A stretch of 64,000 nt of DNA from Macrostomum lignano (lineage: Eukaryota): assembly GCA_002269645.1 (NCBI GenBank), contig NIVC01000094.1, positions 558,001 to 622,000 on the forward strand, given 5' to 3'. Both the position numbers and the translations under genes were made by a program. How positions within the stretch are numbered: position 1 is the stretch's first letter; every line of letters begins with the position of its first letter. Below, piece by piece: positions 62,001-64,000 of the stretch. The notes under the pieces are model-generated. The model searched no databases and was not told the DNA's origin. It saw nothing but the letters and a program-made list of their open reading frames with translations.

Positions 62001-62695
62001 GTTTACCCACTGAGTGCCAGTTTAAACTACTGAGTGTCATTTTAAACTACTGAGTGCCATTTTAAACTACTGAGTGTCATTTTAAACTACTGAGTGCCAT
62101 TTTAAAATACTGAGTGCCATTTTAACCTACTGAGTGCCAGTTTACCCACTGAGTGCCAGTTTAAACCTACTGAGTGCCATTTTAACCTACTGAGTGCCAT
62201 TTTAAACTTCTGAGTGCCATTATAAACTACTGAGTGCCATTTTAACCTACTGAGTGCCAGTTTACCCACTGAGTGCCAGTTTAAACTACTGAGTGTCATT
62301 TTAAACTACTGAGTGCCATTTTAACCTACTGAGTGCCAGTTTACCCACTGAGTTCCAGTTTAAACTACTGAGTGTCATTTTAAACTACTGAGTGCCATTT
62401 TAAACTACTGAGTGTCATTTTAAACTACTGAGTGCCATTTTAAAATACTGAGTGCCATTTTAACCTACTGAGTGCCAGTTTACCCACTGAGTGCCAGTTT
62501 AAACCTACTGAGTGCCATTTTAACCTACTGAGTGCCAGTTTACCCACTGAGTGCCAGTTTAAACTACTGAGTGTCATTTTAAACTACTGAGTGCCATTTT
62601 AAACTAGTGAGTGCCATTTTAAAATACTGAGTGCCATTTTAACCTACTGAGTGCCAGTTTACCCACTGAGTGCCATTTTAAACTACTGAGCACCA
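59025..62695. repeat. 3.7-kb minisatellite, 19/20-bp unit (ACTACTGAGTGCCATTTTAA) with higher-order duplications
   Basis: Direct reading; rare variants recur at a 954-bp offset. Confidence 0.97.
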
Positions 62696-63224
62696 TTTTG
62701 AAAAAAATATTTTACTTTAAAAAATCACAAATTTTGAAAATCTTTTGAAGGCCTTGAACGCCTTGAAAGCCTATAATCTATTTGGTGCATACCAATAGAA
62801 ACTTCAGAACCCAAATTTGCTGGACAGCCGAAGTTGTTAATAAAAACCCCGCCCGCGCCACCCCCATGGCCTGTGCGATGAGTCAGGGCCCAGGGCCTGC
62901 TGCAAGAGCCGAGGAGACAGCAGGTTGAGAGAGACTTTGTAAGCATTCGGCTCCATCGGATTTCACATCCGTTGTTTATCCCAGAGACTTCAGCTTCTCT
63001 GCGATAAGCGTGTGGGGTGCCAGTGTTGCAGCAGAGATATTGCTTGGAAACTTTGCTTGGCCAGTGACTAGCACAGAGATTTCTTATCTTCCATCGCTGA
63101 TGGGGCCTTATAGTTTATACGGCGGCCAGGGCAGGTGAACACTTTTGGATGGGTGAAGATTGAATTGGCCACGTGCCTTCGGCCCGGGGTCGCTGCCCTC
63201 TATCGGTCTTTCTTTCTTTCTCAA

Positions 63225-63690
63225 TCTCTCTCCACGGCTCCCTCTCTCCTCTCCTTCTATCTCTCCCTCTCTCTCTGCTTATCTCCCTCCTCTTACCCCT
63301 CTCTCTCCCTCCCCTTACCCCTCTCTCTCCCTCCCCTTACCCCTCTCTCTCCCTCCCCTTACCCATCCCCCTCTCTCCCTCTCCAATTCCCCTCTCTCCC
63401 TCTCCAATTTCCCTCTCTCCCTCTCCCATCCCCCTAGCCCTCTCCAATTCCCCTCTCTCCCTCTCCAATTTCCCTCTCTCCCTCTCCAATTCCCCTCTCT
63501 CCCTCTCCAATTCCCCTCTCTCCCTCTCCAATTCCCCTCTCTCCCTCTCCAATTCCCCTCTCTCCCTCTCCAATCCCCCCTCTCCCCCCCATTCCCCTCT
63601 CTCCCTCTCCAATTCCCCTCTCTCCCTCTCCAATTTCCCTCTCTCCCTCTCCAATTCCCCTCTCTCCCTCTCCAATTCCCCTCTCTCAAT
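63225..63690. repeat. Pyrimidine-rich repeat, 21-bp unit (CTCCCTCTCCAATTCCCCTCT)
   Basis: Direct reading. Confidence 0.93.
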
Positions 63691-64000
63691 TGAATTGGCC
63701 ACTAAGTATGCAGAGAATTGCATAAAATCTGTGCGTCCAACCATATTGGCTTGGCTCATTAAAATGCCTTTATGCTACTCCGTACGAGCACTGCAGTTCG
63801 TCGGACTTCCGTTGTGTAATTTGACTGATTTGACTCCGGCCGAATTCGAAAGCTTGACTTTTAAATTCTGGCTCTTTGTACCAAGGCCTTGGCAACAGCC
63901 AGAGCAAGTCAAAGAAAGGCTTCACGCCTGGACACCAAGCTCGCATAGATCGGGTCAGCGTGTGCGCGTGTGAACGCGGTTCCGGGTAGGAAACCTGACC

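Noticed and set aside
1-63690. Tandem arrays as CRISPR arrays
   Set aside because: No unique spacers and no cas genes; the context is spliced eukaryotic genes.

Overview
Eukaryotic (animal) genomic DNA. The GC-rich, Ala/Gln/Gly-rich exons and minisatellite-filled GT-AG introns suggest a free-living flatworm such as Macrostomum (inference only). I reconstructed eight genes by hand. Minus strand: GRB2/drk, CNOT2/Regena, an intronless protein with an HMGN-like motif, an intronless rhodopsin-type GPCR, and an ETS1/2 (pointed)-class factor. Plus strand: MYCBP, PIH1D1 and TARBP2/PRKRA/loqs. Nearly every larger intron and intergenic gap holds its own tandem repeat (12-178 bp units), which explains most long ORFs in the supplied track. 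The most unusual observation is a set of sharply bounded AT-rich islands (about 13.3-17.6 kb, 22.4-25.6 kb, 26.6-28.2 kb, 29.5-29.8 kb) made of transposon relics: a Merlin/IS1016-type transposase, an RNase H-bearing LINE and a hAT-type MITE. These relics largely keep their reading frames but appear riddled with C->T and G->A transitions, including non-CpG CpA/TpG sites (TGG->TAG, CAT->TAT). That resembles fungal repeat-induced point mutation (RIP), which I do not know to be described in animals. A second Merlin fragment and the tandem arrays nearby are spared. All counts and alignments were done by eye and need computational confirmation.
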